This document shows positions 63,285 to 64,000 of a stretch of 64,000 bases of DNA, one piece after another; the stretch's first letter is position 1, and each line of letters opens with the position of its first letter. The stretch comes from Squalus acanthias (lineage: Eukaryota): positions 62,001-126,000 of the forward strand of contig JASTWF010000362.1 of NCBI GenBank assembly GCA_030390025.1, in the 5' to 3' direction. The position numbers and the translations under genes are program-made. Under the pieces are notes generated by a model, which was not told where the DNA came from, made no database searches, and saw nothing but the letters and a program-made list of their open reading frames with translations.

Positions 63285-63670
63285 ACTGTAGAAGATTAAG
63301 GGGTGATTTAATCGAGGTGTTTAAGATGATTAAAGGATTTAGTTGGGTAGATAGGGAGAAACTATTTCCTCTGGTGGGGGGAGTCCAGAACAAGGGGGCG
63401 TAAACCTTAAAATTAGAGCCAGGCCGTTCAGGGGTGATGTCAGGAAGCACTTCTTCACACAGAGGGGAGTGGAAATCTGGAACTCTCTGCCCCAAAAGCT
63501 GGGGGTCAATTGAAAATTTCAAAACCGAGATGGATAGTTTTTGTTCAGTAAGGATATTAAGGGTTACGGAACCGAGGCCGGTAGATGGAGTTGAGGTACA
63601 GATCAGCCAGGATCTAACTGAATGCGGGACAGGCTCGAGGGGCTGAACGGCCTCCTCCTGTTCCTGTGTG
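63285..63670 (+). mobile_element. CR1 LINE 3' fragment
   Basis: Near identical to 25430-25830. Confidence 0.88.
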
Positions 63671-64000
63671 AAAATTAATTGCCTCTTGTGGTTTCTGTTG
63701 TTCCATTTTCTCTGATGTCATCTGAAAAATGCCAAGGGTCTCTCCACTTGTGGTACAGTCCTTGGTTTTCAACAGGGGATGAGGACAATGTCCTGGATCT
63801 ACGGTCACTCTCTTGTTCAGAGAATAGAGATGAGGGGAATCTTAAAGAGTAGGTGGACAATAACCCAAAAAAGGGAAAGGAAAATTCTAATGGTGGGGGC
63901 GATTTTCGTCGTGCGACTGCCCCGGTTTTGGGTGGTAGCGAGATGGAAGAGGAAGGAAAATCCAACAGAACTCAGTTCTGCCAGATTCACGCTGAGCTAC

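Overview
Vertebrate genomic DNA, most likely a cartilaginous fish (inferred from the repeat content: Deu-domain tRNA-SINEs, many CR1 and L2 LINEs, Penelope-type terminal repeats). Two convergent spliced genes are present. On the + strand is the 3' half of SH3GLB2 (endophilin B2): 7 exons from 82 to 29750, including 24-nt and 15-nt microexons, with a 1-nt frameshift and premature TAG at 27256 just before the SH3 domain. On the - strand is an apparently complete PRRT1B (CD225/dispanin family): 4 coding exons from 60761 to 41725, 249 aa. The rest is mostly transposon debris and minisatellites. The most interesting signal is a family of short, TSD-flanked fold-back elements (19998-20470, 44131-44351, and a collapsed copy at 53891-53968). 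Each full copy carries a minimal type I hammerhead ribozyme motif in both inverted arms plus a shared 40-nt tail, and the two full copies inserted independently at almost the same site of CR1 ORF2. A second hammerhead family occurs at 54311 and 56784. Gene and repeat names come from recalled sequence similarity, not from database searches.
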